Part shown: positions 40,430 to 63,400 of the stretch, piece after piece
Position numbering within the stretch: the first letter of the stretch is position 1
Layout: each line of letters begins with the position of its first letter
Source of the DNA: Octopus vulgaris
Taxonomy: Eukaryota
Direction of reading: 5' to 3'
Length of the DNA stretch: 64,000 nucleotides
NCBI GenBank assembly: GCA_951406725.2
Contig: OX597827.1
Location: forward strand, 29,884,001 to 29,948,000
Notes under the pieces: generated by a model
Seen by the model: the letters and a program-made list of their open reading frames with translations, nothing else
Told to the model about the DNA's origin: nothing
Database searches by the model: none
Translations under genes and position numbers: made by a program

Positions 40430-40790
40430 ATCAACCCCAATGATCGACCCTGAAAAGATGAAAAGCAAAGTCGACCTCGGCGGAATTTGAACTCAGAACG
40501 TAACGACAGGCGAAATACTTCCAAGCATTTTCCCCGGCGCTTTAACGATTCTGCCAGTTCGCCACCTTGGTATAATAAATAATAATGCAGCGAAAGGCAG
40601 CGAGCAGGCAGAATCGTTAACGCGCCAGCTAAAATGTTTAGCGGCATTTCGTTCGTCTTTACGTTCTGAGTTCAAATTCCGCTGAGGTCGACTTTGCCTT
40701 TCATTCTTTTGGAGTCGGGATCGATGTAATAGACTAGCCTCCTTCACCACCAAAAGATTTCAGTCTTTTTTGCCAATAATAGTAAGAATT
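40430..40790. mobile_element. Head-to-head pair of tRNA-like SINE copies
   Basis: Minus copy at about 40430-40570 and plus copy at about 40596-40790, same family as 22478 and 30146. Confidence 0.75.
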
Positions 40791-40794
40791 ATTA

Positions 40795-41040
40795 CTTTAT
40801 TTATATTATTTACATTTGATGGATATTTGTCCTCATCTTGTTTGTTAACACAACGTTTCGGCTGATATAACCTCCACCCTTCATCGGGTGTCTTGGAAAA
40901 ATTTCGAACCTGGGATCTCATTCCTAATGTATTTTTCGATGTTGTTACTATTATTATTATTATTCAGATCACTGCCTGGAATCGAACTCGGAATCTTGGG
41001 GTTAGTAGCCCGCGCTCTTAATTATTACGCCATATGCGCA
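40795..41040 (-). mobile_element. tRNA-headed SINE-like element with an internal hammerhead ribozyme
   Basis: Reverse complement: TGGCGTAATAA (A-box-like), GAGTTCGATTCC (B box), (AAT)n, then GACAC-CCGATGA-AGGGTG..CAGCC-GAAA-CGTT/GTGTT at 40847-40892. Confidence 0.75.
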
Positions 41041-41395
41041 TGGGCATTATTATTGTTATTCATACGCATTGGTCCAGTTTTGGCTTTGATCGAGCAGAGT
41101 TTGTAAAGAAATGTTCTGTCACTTTATTACTTTCTAATTTCAAATCCCAATAAGGTCAACTTTACCTTTCATCCCTCCAGGATTGATAAAATAAAATACC
41201 AATCAAGTACTAAATAATGTTATTCTCAACTGCCCCACTCCCCTCAAAATTGTTGACTCTGTGCCTAAATTTGAAATCAATATAGCATTACGCAATTTAG
41301 CATCCGTTACTTATTTAATACGATAAATGTGTGTGTACATACATACATACACGCAAACACACAGGTGTGTGTATATATATAAATATATATATATT

Positions 41396-41442
<47 letters not shown>

Positions 41443-41459
41443 TTGTATGTAAATGTATA

Positions 41460-41750
41460 AAAGGTGGCATTCCGTCGGTGACAACGACGAGTGTTCCAAT
41501 TGATCCCACCAACAGAACAGCCTGCTCGTGAAATTAATGAGCAAGTGGCTGGGTATTCCACAGACACGAGTACCCTTAACGCAGTTCTCATGTAGATCCA
41601 GTGTGACACAGAATGTGATAAAGGTGGCTCCTTGAAATACAGGTGCTACATATTTTAGGCAGCTGAGTGGGCTAGACCGCAGCCGGGATCGAACTCACAG
41701 CCTTCAGATCTTGAACCGATTACTCTAATGACTAAGCCACGTGTCTTCAC
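41460..41750 (-). mobile_element. Degraded tRNA-derived SINE
   Basis: Reverse complement TGGCTTAGT and GAGTTCGATCCC boxes; 3' end abuts (TA)n. Confidence 0.6.
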
Positions 41751-42029
41751 TATGTGAATAGTTGTGTGTGTGCGCTGCGTTAGAAATAACAATCATATAT
41801 ATATATATACACACAACACAACCAGACACACACACACGCACGCATGCACACTCATACACACATACGCACACGTATACTTCTGTACATACATTCGTAACCT
41901 GAACATGGTAAAAATCGATTCCAGTACCAATGGATTTTCATTCGGATGTCTATAAAATTACAATCAATCATATTTTGGGAGTTGATTGAATTCCGTCCCG
42001 CCCCAAATGCGTATACTTGAGTCTTAGAA

Positions 42030-42315
42030 TTCTTCCTCATCGTCGTCGTCCTCTTCTTCTTCGTTGTCGTCGTCGTCATCGTTATCTTCATCATCGTTGT
42101 CGTCATCTACGCTGTTGTCATCATCGTTATCATCATCACCATCGTCATCACAATCGTGGTCTTTATCATCGTCATCACCACCATTCTCATCTCCATCATC
42201 ATCCTTCTCCTCCTTATCATCATCATCATCACCATCATCATCACCATCATCATCGTCCTCAACTTCCTCCTCCTCCTCATCATCATCACCATTATCATCA
42301 CCATTGTTATTATCA
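42030..42315. repeat. Degenerate (CAT)n/(CGT)n trinucleotide array
   Basis: Direct observation. Confidence 0.9.
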
Positions 42316-42757
42316 GTTGTGCCTCACCAGGATGGTTTCAAACGTGTATGTTTCCTGACATGAAATAAATCAATCAACCGCATGCCATTTGTCCAAACGG
42401 CCTTGTAGCGACAAAAGAAACTCGCTATTGTGATTCTCCTGAGAGGCGGTCAGCGGACAGGAAGCGGCCCACTGGCCCAGACGCCCGTCTGCAGCAAAAT
42501 AATACTGTTTAACACGAGTATTGTTTAGAACTTGTCAGACTGGATTGAAGTCGTTGTTGCTGTGTATTTAGTCGCAGCCCAGCCTTGAGCACGAAGGCGA
42601 ATGTGGGAAGGCGTTCTAAGAATGACCATCCCGTTTTCTGTTCAGCGGTGAGCTGGCACAATCGTTATATATATCGTTATACATATATATATATATATAT
42701 ATATTTATATATTATATATATATATATATATTATATATATATATATATATATAGCGC

Positions 42758-42804
<47 letters not shown>

Positions 42805-42911
42805 TGTGTGTGTGGTAAAAAAAGGGAGGATGAGAATATCGGTTATTCACCACGTGGTGAGTTGTAATGCCGAAAAAATACATATATAAAACAAAAGAAG
42901 GAAAATGCACA

Positions 42912-42964
<53 letters not shown>

Positions 42965-42972
<8 letters not shown>

Positions 42973-43204
42973 ATGTTACATTACTCGGTAGTCAAGATAA
43001 AACTCTGAGTTTCAGATGCCGAAGTGGAAATCCACAACACCATCTCTTCCGAAGAGATGGTGTTGTGGATTTCCACTTCGGCATCTGAAACTCAGAGTTT
43101 TATCTTGACTACCGAGTAATGTAACATATTGTATAGATAAATTTCCTCTATTTACATAATATTGAGGTCTCTTTCTTTCTTTTGTTATCTTACCGTTTTA
43201 TCAA
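42965..43204 (+). mobile_element. PLE pseudo-LTR 3' fragment with a perfect ~85-bp-arm palindrome and truncated HHR
   Basis: Arms 42965-43049 and 43051-43135; CCGAAGA-GATG..CATCT-GAAA-CTCAGAGTT lacking the 5' strand of stem I. Confidence 0.7.
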
Positions 43205-43227
43205 TATATATATATATATATATATAT

Positions 43228-44118
43228 CACCTTGATCACCTTGACCGACCAGTCCGTCGAGCGTCCATTTGACACCGCTGGTCACAGTACGCTGTCCACT
43301 CCTCTCTGTATCGCGCCTTTCTCATCCAATTGATCCCAATCGTCCTCCTGAAATCGTAACTCCACCGTCGTGGAGGCCTTCCGGATGGTCGTTTCCGCTC
43401 GCGCGGGTACCACTCAACAAATGCGCGGATCCACCGATTATCGGTGAGCCGGGAGACGTGTCCAGCCCATCTAAATTTGCTGCGTGTATACTCTGCGATG
43501 ACATCCCTCACGCCGGACTTCTTTCTGATGATCTCGCTGTCATCACCCGTACGAGTGCCGGTCAAGAAGAGAGTGAAGCAAGGAGATACGATCTCCCCAA
43601 AAATTATCACCGCATGTCTCGAGCAGATCATCAGAGGTATCGACTGGCAAGGCGGTGTCAACATCAATGGCGAGCTCCTCACCCATCCTCCGTTTCGCTG
43701 ACGAAATCGTACTTATCGCTGAAACCACGGATCAGCATCAGACCATGCTGACGGAGATCGACATCAAAAGCTCTGCAGTACCAACAGGTCGAATGGTGAT
43801 CGGCAGAGATGAAATAGAGGAGGTAAAGGAATATGTCTACCTGGGACAGGAAGTGAATATGTGCCGAGATATCGAAAAGGAGATCTCACGGAGAGTAAGG
43901 GATGGATGGAAGGCGTTTAATGGCATAAGGGATGCGCTCAAGGGAAGGTTGGACAGGACCACCCGCGCCAACCTCATCAACAGTACAGTTCTACCTGCAA
44001 TGTTATATGATAGTGAAACATGGGCTACCAAAAAGCGAGAAGAGCAGAGACTGGTTACGGCCCAAAGAGCCATGGAAAGGTCAATGCTTGGTATTTCGTT
44101 GAGAGAGCACATCAGTAG

Positions 44119-44121
<3 letters not shown>
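43228..44121 (-). mobile_element. RTE-clade LINE 3' part with 5' inversion
   Basis: Minus part 43228-43539 has KFRWAGHV..WYPRERKRPSGRPPRRW and a (TCAAGGTGA)2 tail; plus part 43540-44121 has VKQGDTISPK, RFAD, YVYLGQ and LYDSETW. Confidence 0.9.
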
Positions 44122-44158
<37 letters not shown>

Positions 44159-44363
44159 GAGGAAAAAATAATAAGGCAGAATGCTAAATTGAAAGTAAAA
44201 TTTAATAAAAATGGGTGTATAAAAAATTAAAAAAGAAAAAATAAATCAAACGGCTTTCATAGCAAGGCAAAGTTTCAAGATTTAGAAGGGGAAAAAATTT
44301 TTTTTTTATATTGAGGAAGGGAAAAAAAGAAATTTACAATGTTGTTTTCAAAAAATAATATAT

Positions 44364-44404
44364 ACTAGCATTATGACCCGGCGTTGCCGGGTCATAATGC
44401 TAGT
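44364..44404. repeat. Perfect 19-bp hairpin made of two Helitron-like 3' ends
   Basis: ACTAGCATTATGACCCGGC-GTT-GCCGGGTCATAATGCTAGT. Confidence 0.75.
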
Positions 44405-44889
44405 GCATGTATATATGTATATATAAATGTGTACATATTACATGTACATCTATATATATACAACCACACATAAAATACAAAGTTATATCTTGATATCGCT
44501 AGTGATAACAATACTCAAAATATATAACAGACTGGAATTATAGGCCCATCTCTTGCAATTTCGATCAATTATATCTTGTCCTCCCTCTTGTTTAGAAGTG
44601 TGGCTACAATCCAGCCTACCTCTACATCTGGGGTAACATTTTTAAATTTTTATCCGGGACGTCCTACGTCCCAGATATAAAGGTAAAAATAAAATATTTC
44701 CACTTTGCAATGTTCGAGTCGAGTACTCCCTTGCACGCTCCGTTGACTCGAGCCTTGCTTCTATTGTGGCGAATTTACCGCTTCTGGTTAGACACTTGAT
44801 ATCTTTCATAGTCGCACCCAGACACTTTTCAATGGTGCTTTCCTCCAGGTGTTCAAATCTTTTTTTTTTCTTTACATTGTCTCATAAGA

Positions 44890-49829
<4,940 letters not shown>

Positions 49830-49832
<3 letters not shown>

Positions 49833-50058
49833 ATCAGCAACAATATAGGGTGAAATTAATTAATTTGGAATAATCATTAATTACACCAAGTAGATTTCGG
49901 CATGTAAAAGCCTCATTCGAGGAAAGTTTAAGTAATACTAAGTAATTAAGGGTTTAGCAACGAATTGCCTCACCACACAGCTATAACTCTTTGACTGCTA
50001 TTTCCAAATTGGGTGTGTGGTGAGGCAATTCGTTGCTAAACCCTTAATTACTTAGTAT
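49830..50058 (-). mobile_element. Short PLE pseudo-LTR-type terminus with a 45-bp inverted repeat
   Basis: Arms 49935-49979 and 50014-50058; terminus GTCATCA..AGGGT(G/A)GAAATTAATTAATT resembles the 13561 element. Confidence 0.6.
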
Positions 50059-50089
50059 ATATATATATATATATATATATAAATATATG

Positions 50090-50145
<56 letters not shown>

Positions 50146-50177
50146 GTTCCGTTTTTATCTATATCCGGTTCCGTTTT

Positions 50178-51476
50178 ATATATATCCGGTTCCGTTTTGC
50201 TGTTTAACTCAGCTCCTACAACACTATCACTGGGTGCTGAAACGGCTGCTCAACCACTCAAATGTGGAAGTGATATATCTCGACTTTGCAAAGGCCCTTG
50301 ATAAAGTCGATCATGGAATGATATGTCACAAACTGCGTGATCTCAACATAGTTGGAAAACTGGGAGAATGGCTTCATGACTTTCTGAAGGATAGAAGTCA
50401 GGTGGTAGTAGCCAATGGGGCCACCTCCATTAACACACAAATAGTGAGCGGTGTTCCGCAGGGCACTGTTCTGGGACCACTACTGTTCATAATGGCCCTC
50501 TCAGACATGCCCTCAGCCACGCAAAGAGCCACGATCACAAGTTATGCAGATGATACAAAAGTTTCACAGGCAATACAGAACCCTGAAGACACTAAGCACC
50601 TGCAATGTGAGCTGGACGAAATATACAAGTGGGCTGAAAAGAATAGCATGCAGTTCAATGCTGGAAAGTTTCAAGCTTTATACTATCAGCATGCAAAACT
50701 GAATGCAATACCTAATGAATACACTGGACCCGGAGGGATTGCAATCCCAGAGGCACAATCAGTGCGTGACCTGGGTATTCACATGAGTGATGACGCGACC
50801 TTTCATGTACATGCTGCTAAACTGACAATGAAATGTAGACGGCTGGCTGGATGGATTCTTAGAACCTTTAGAACAAAAGAACAAGAAACCATGATGGTCC
50901 TCTGGAAGACACTTGTCCTAAGCCACTTTGACTATTGCTCTCAGCTATGGTCACCATCCAGTGTCAAGTTGATCACAGAACTTGAGGCGATCCAACGAAG
51001 CTACACAAAGAAGATAGCCTCTATGCAGAATGTAAGCTACTGGGAAAGACTCAAGAGATTAAAATTATATTCCCTGGAGCGTAGGCGGGAAAGATATGCC
51101 ATAATATACATCTGGAAGATCCTGGAGGGAAGTGTCCTGAACTTTGGCATCGAGAGTTACGCAAATGCCAGAACTGGGCGCCACTGCGTGGTGCCTAGGA
51201 CTCCAAACCTGCCATCAAGGTGTAGGACAAGATTCTGTGATAGCCTGGGCTTCCGAGGCCCACAGCTCTTCAATATCCTCCCGAAGAACCTGAGAGACCT
51301 GCATGGGGTGGATACAGATGTCTTTAAAATGAAGCTGGATCTCTTCCTGTCAGGTGTCCCAGATGAACCAACTTCACGGCAGGAGGGGCAGATGAGGGCA
51401 GCTGCATCGAACTCTCTCATGCACCAAATAGCAGTTGCTAGAAAGCCTCCATGAAGTGAAACCAAGTAGCAACACT
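50178..51476 (+). mobile_element. Near-identical duplicate of the 3' half of the upstream CR1, lacking the terminal tail
   Basis: The ORF at 50087-51454 matches the C-terminal ~420 aa of 46708-49698 with few substitutions. Confidence 0.92.
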
Positions 51477-51962
51477 TTTCTGGTTAGTTCCGTAATGGAA
51501 TCGGTGGCTTATATTTATTTGCTGCCGATAAATTTGGCGCGAGTGTGACGATTTGAACATTTTAGGTCAGATATTGCCGAGGTAGCAAGAGGAATGCCTC
51601 GTGAAAAATATCTGTTCCGACTTGGCTATTTCTTACTGATGAGTCTAAGGGCCTATGGTGGATTGGCTTGATTTAATTTAATCAGGTTAGTTTACCATTA
51701 AACGGTAGATGAAACGGTGCATCGTCTAAGAAATTACAGGGTAAATGTTTTTCAATTTTCTCCTGGTTTACGGAATTAATGTTATTTTGCGGTTAAAGCT
51801 TTTGGCTGTTATTTCTAGTGGGTGAATGGCCTATTATGGCCGTTCCTTGATTGCGATGTTGAACTTAAAAATGGTTTATGACTATTTAATTTTTTCCCAC
51901 TAGGCCGCTGGTGGCAAAAGAATTCTACAAAATTTTTTTGCCACCCTATATTGATTAATTAT
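51477..51962 (+). mobile_element. PLE pseudo-LTR/retrozyme fragment with HHR
   Basis: HHR at 51628-51734; 3' end CACCCTATATTGATTAATT abuts (TA)n and resembles the termini at 13561, 20634 and 49830. Confidence 0.75.
51628..51734 (+). ncRNA. Canonical type-I hammerhead ribozyme with long stem II
   Basis: ATTTCTTA-CTGATGA-GTCTA..(~19-bp helix)..TAGAT-GAAA-CGGTGCATCGTC/TAAGAAAT; 8-bp stem I. Confidence 0.9.
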
Positions 51963-51981
51963 GTATATATATATATATATT

Positions 51982-52190
<209 letters not shown>

Positions 52191-52197
52191 TATATAT

Positions 52198-52281
<84 letters not shown>

Positions 52282-52282
<1 letters not shown>

Positions 52283-53053
52283 TTTTTACTCTTTTACTCT
52301 TTTACTTGTTTCAGCCATCCGGCTGAGGCCATGCTGGGGCACCGCCCTTGTTGCTACCCTCTCTAAGTCCAGTTTGCCGTGGCTGGCCACTGATCTAAGA
52401 GAGAGTTTGTAGCTGCTGCCCTTAGGTTACCTTCGTACCTTGCAGTGGGTTCATCTGGGATCCCGGAAAGCAGCTTGTCTAGATGTTTTTTGAAAATGTC
52501 CACATCCGCATCATGTAGATCTCTTAGTTTTCTTGGCAGTTTGTTGAAAAGCTGAGGGCCCCTGAACCCCAGGCTATTACAGTATCTGCTCCTTACCCTG
52601 GATGTGGAAGACGGGACCTTTGGCACCACACAGTGACGTTCTGTACGGGGATTGGAACAGCTCTCAATTCCAAAATTTGGTGCTAGTCCCTCCAGGATTT
52701 TCCATATGTATATCACTGCATATCTCTCTCGTCTTCGTTCCAAGGAGTACAAATTGAGTTCCCTAAGCCTCTCCCAATAGTTCTTTTCTTTCATGGTGGA
52801 AATCCTCTTGGTGAAATGTCTTTGGATTGTCTCAAGCTCTGTGGTTAGTTTGACACTATGCGGTGACCACAGTTGGGAGCAGTAGTCCAGGCGGCTTAGG
52901 ACAAATGTCCTCCATAGTGTCAACATGGTCTCGCAGTCTCTTGTCCGGAATGTCCTCAGGATCCAGCCAGTGAGTCGTCTGCACATTGTCGCCACCTTCG
53001 CGATGTGTGAAGAAAAAGATGCATCGTCACTCATGTCTATCCCCAGGTCCCGT
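52282..53053 (-). mobile_element. CR1-group LINE 3' fragment (divergent subfamily)
   Basis: RDLGIDMS..IPDEPT plus the conserved tail and (GTAAAAGA)n; (TA)n on both sides. Confidence 0.9.
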
Positions 53054-53063
53054 ATATATATAT

Positions 53064-53272
<209 letters not shown>

Positions 53273-53274
53273 TT

Positions 53275-54324
<1,050 letters not shown>

Positions 54325-54328
<4 letters not shown>

Positions 54329-55980
54329 GAATAACTTAGAAAGGTTTTGGGCCAGTATTGGCCCAGGCCATGTCTAACTTAATAGCACCACCTGGCGAAG
54401 TCTTTCAGTTCAGGATTTGGGCACCAAGGCCCATTCGAGCAGAGAGTTATTGTTTGCGGAGACATATCCGGGTGTGGGTGGTTTGTCCGGTACTGTTTGA
54501 AGGAATTTGTCCAAAGACTTCTTGAATTTTGTGTGGTCAGTTTCTTTTTTGACGTGTCCTGGTGTAATGTTGAAGAGAGCGGGTCCAATTGAGGTGAAAT
54601 AGTTGTGCCGTATTGTCGTTATGTGATGCGATTTAGATTTTTGTTGTGGACGGATGGCACGTGGTCCAAGCCTTGGATGCATTTTGAAGGTGATGCCAAC
54701 ATCATTCGGACAGTGCTGATGGAATATTTTCCACATCATAGAGATAATGTAGCGTTCACGGCGTCGTTGGAGTGAATACAATTTCAGCTTCTCTAGTCTA
54801 CCCCAGTAGTCAAGGTCTGACATGCCATCTATCTTTTTTGTGATTGACCTTTGGGGAGCTTCAATTCTCATAATATTTTGTTTTGTGTAGGGAGAGCACA
54901 GTGGACAGCAGTATTCAAGGTGGGGTCGGGCAAAAGTGGAGAAGAGAAGGATAATAGCGTGGGAATCTCTCGACTGGAAGGTTCTGAGAATCCAGGAACA
55001 CATTCTGCGGGCCATGTCAACTTTGCTGCTTATATGTGTAGCCCAGCTTATGTTGTTGTCCACTGTTACTCCCAGGTCTCTGATGTTGTTGGATGCCATG
55101 AGAATTTCTCCAGAAGGAAGAGAGTATGGGAGTTTCAGAGCGTCCTCCCTTCTAAAGTGGATCAGTTCGAATTTGTCTTCATTTAGCAACATGTTATTCT
55201 TTTCCGCCCATTGGACAACAGCCAGTAGGTCTGACTGAAGGTTTATTCGGTCATCCACGCCATTGATGACCTTCTGGAGCTTGGAATCATCAGCGAAGGT
55301 TCTGATGTTACTGTGTTTGATGGTGTCAGTAATATCATTTATGTAGATGATGAAGAGAAGTGGGCCCAACACAGTGCCTTGTGGGACACCACTGCTGACT
55401 TTGGTTGGGCTGGATTTGACTCCTTCGACTACAACATGTTGGGTTCTGTTAGACAGGAAGCACTTGATCCATTGCAGCAGCTTTCCAGTGACACCAATAT
55501 TGGACAGCTTTCTCAGAAGGATCTTATGATCAACCCTGTCAAAGGCCTTGCTGAAATCAAGGTAGATGACATCAGTGTTGAAACCTTCTCCCAAGGCTCT
55601 CAAAATGTCATCAAAATGATGCAGTAGCTGCGTCAGGCAATCTCTCCCATTACGGAATCCATGCTGGTTGGGGTTCAGCATATTATGACTCTCAAGGAAG
55701 TGAGTCATACGCGATCTCAGCACCCTCTCAAATACCTTGATGATATGAGAGGTGAGTGAGATTGGACGGTAATTCACGGCAAGCGATTTGTTTCCTTTTT
55801 GAAAACTGGGACAACAGACTGGGATAGAAGGTCTTCTGGTATATATCCAGCATCCAGTGAGTTCCGCCACAGATTGGCTCGAGGGGGTGCAAGTTGGTTT
55901 TGACACATCTTCAACACACAAGCAGGGAACCTATCGGGACCTACTGCTGAATTATGCTTCATTTCCTTTATTGCTGCTAT
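54325..55980 (-). mobile_element. CR1-group LINE family B, RT plus 3' end (ORF 54410-55921)
   Basis: [47 protein letters not shown]. Confidence 0.93.
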
Positions 55981-60428
<4,448 letters not shown>

Positions 60429-63400
60429 TCTTTACTTTTACTTTTACTTTACTTTTTCTAGTTTGAGCTCATGAGCTGTGGCCATGCTGGGGCACCGCCA
60501 TTTGGTGTTGCTACTTGGTTTTACTTCACGAAAGCTTTTTAGCAACTGCCATTTGGTGCATGAGAGAGTTCGATGCAGCTGCCCTCATCTGCACCTCCTG
60601 CCGTGAAGTTGGTTCATCTGGGACACCTGACAGGAAGAGATCCAGTTCCATTTTAAAGACATCTGCATCCACCCCATGCAGGTCTCTCAGGTTCTTCGGG
60701 AGGATATTGAAGAGCTGTGGGCCACGGAACCCCAGGCTATCACAGTATCTTGTCCTACATCTTGACGGCAAATCTGGAGTCCTAGGCACCACGCAGTGGC
60801 CCCAGTTCTGGCATTTGTGTAACTCTCGATGCCAAAGTTTGGGACACGTCTCTCCAGGATCTTCCAGATGTATATTATGGCATATCTTTCCCGCCTACGC
60901 TCCAAGGAATATAGTTTTAATCTCTTGAGTCTTTCCCAGTAGCTTACATTCTGCATAGAGGCTATCTTCTTCGTGTAGCTACGCTGGATCGCCTCGAGCT
61001 CTGTGATCAACTTGACACTGGATGGTGACCATAACTGAGAGCAATAGTCAAAGTGGCTTAGGACAAGTGTCCTCCAGAGGACCATCATGGTTTCTTGTTC
61101 TCTTGTTCTAAAGGTTCTGAGAATCCATCCGGCCAGTCGTCTACATTTCATTGCCAATTTAGCAACATGAACACGAAAGGTTGCGTCATCGCTCATGTAA
61201 ATACCCAGGTCACGCACTGATTGTGCCTCTTGGATTGCTATTCCTCCCGGTCCAGTGTATTCATTGGGTATTGCATTTAGTTTTGCATGCTGATAGTATA
61301 AAGCTTGAAACTTTTCAGCATTGAACTGCATGCTATTCTTTTCAGCCCACTTGTATATTTCGTCCAGCTCACATTGCAGGTGCTTAGTGTCTTCAGGGTT
61401 CTGTATTGCCTGTGAAACTTTTGTATCATCTGCATAACTTGTGATCGTAGCTCTCTGCGTGTCTGAGGGCATGTCTGAGAGGGCTATTATGAACAGTAGT
61501 GGTCCCAAAACAGTGCCCTGCGGAACACCGCTCACTATTTGTGTGTTAATGGAAGTGGCCACCTGACTTCTATTCTTCAGAAAGTCATGAAGCCATTCTC
61601 CCAATTTTCCAACTATGCCAAGATCACGCAGTTTGTGACATATCATTCCATGATCGACTTTATCAAAGGCCTTTGCAAAGTCGAGATATATGACTTCCAC
61701 ATTTGAGTGGTTGAGCAGTTGTTTCAGCACCCAGTCATAGTGCTGCAGGAGCTGAGTTAAGCAGCTTCTTCCTGGTCGCAAACCATGTTGGGTGTCAGGC
61801 AGCAAGTCATTTTCTTCAAGGAAGGTGATTAGTTTCCTTCTGACTATTCGTTCCATGACCTTGCTGATGTGTGAGGTCAGAGAGATAGGTCTGTAGTTCT
61901 TGGCCTCTGCTCTGCTACCACCTTTATGAATAGGGCATATTTTACCTTCCTTCAGTTTTTTTGGAAGTTTGCCAGCTGCTAGGTTTGCCGGGAATCCATC
62001 GGGGCCAATAGCTGATTCTGTTTTCATTTCATCTATGGCCTTTATTACATCGTCTTCCTTTATATCGATGTAATTTATCGTCGCCGCCTCTGATTTTATA
62101 TCTGCAGTGGTAAAGAAGTCAGTTGGATTGGTGATTTGGAAATGCCCGAGGGGTGGAGTGAAAACACTCTTGAATTGCTCATTCAGTATTTCACTTACCC
62201 TCATTGGTTTTCCTGTGAGTGTGCCATCCTCTTCAAGGAGTGGCCCTATCCTACAGTGCACCGTAGCTGTTTCTTTGGCATACCTGTAGAAAGCTCTGGG
62301 GTTAGATTTTATGTTGTCTATAGCCCAGGCTTCTTTGTCTGCTCTTTCCTTTTCATGGGAGAGTTGCAGACATTTTTCAATTTCCAACAGTTTTATTTTC
62401 AGGCGGGACTTTTCACTGCTTTCAATCTGTTTGTTTAGGCGATTTGAAATTTTTGTACGCTGTCTCATTAAGATTTTCCTCTCTCTGGGGATTTTGTTCT
62501 TGTGTACAGTGGCCTTTCTCTCTGGGACACATTTGTAGCATATGGCTTGCGTTACAGACATGAATTGTTGAAGTTTCACGTCGATGTCTGGCGAGGAGTG
62601 ACATTTAGGCCAGTTTTGTTTGAGGATCTCTTTCTCAATTTGTTTCCAGTTTGCCTTATGGTAGTTCAAGCTGGAAAGATTCTGAGGTTTCTTGTAGGCT
62701 GCATGTCCGTGCTCTCTTTTGGCCCGTACATGGTCAGCTCTACCATGTTGTGATCCGAGAGTAGTGTCGGTGTCACTTTCACATTATGGATGAGATCCAT
62801 ATTATTTGTGACTTATTAGAACTTCTATTTTTATAAGGCAGTCTTCAAACTTGCCCACATGGCTTGGGGCATCTGGAGGGCAATATGTAGCACACACAAC
62901 TACATCAAGTTGCCTAATATGTACAATTAGTGTGTCACACAACGAGTTTGAGTATGACAAGAGGACCTGGGGTGTGAGGTCCTCACGGATGTACATAGCT
63001 ACTCCTCCATGACTCCTTTCTTTTCTGTCGGTCCGTAGTACAACATACTGTGGTATGTGTAACTCCGCATCTGCTATGTCCGGTTTCAGGTGCGTTTCTG
63101 TAAGTGCTATGCATAAGGCTTGATTGCATGCAACAAAGTCTCTCAAGAATGGGATCTTTGTCCTGTTACTGAGTGTTTGCAGCCCTCTGATGTTCAGTAG
63201 GAGCATCGAGGTGAGGTGTATGTTGTTGCCGGCGGTGTCCATCCTGGGTCTGTTTGCTGTGGTTGTCTTGTATATAGTGGGTAGTGCCACCTGCGGGCTT
63301 GGGTTTGATGAAGCCAGGTCAGCTGCTGTACAATCTTTTGTGCCAAGCACAAAAAAGATTGCTGCTCAGCAGCTGCCCTTTCAACAATATCATGTTTGCG

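Noticed and set aside
42017-42368. His-, Ser-, Met- or Ile-rich ORFs
   Set aside because: Translations of a (CAT)n-type microsatellite
63330-63360. Hairpin AATCTTTTTTGTGC-TTG-GCACAAAAGATT as a frameshift stimulator
   Set aside because: It overlaps the slippery site instead of lying downstream and is not conserved in the 4546 copy
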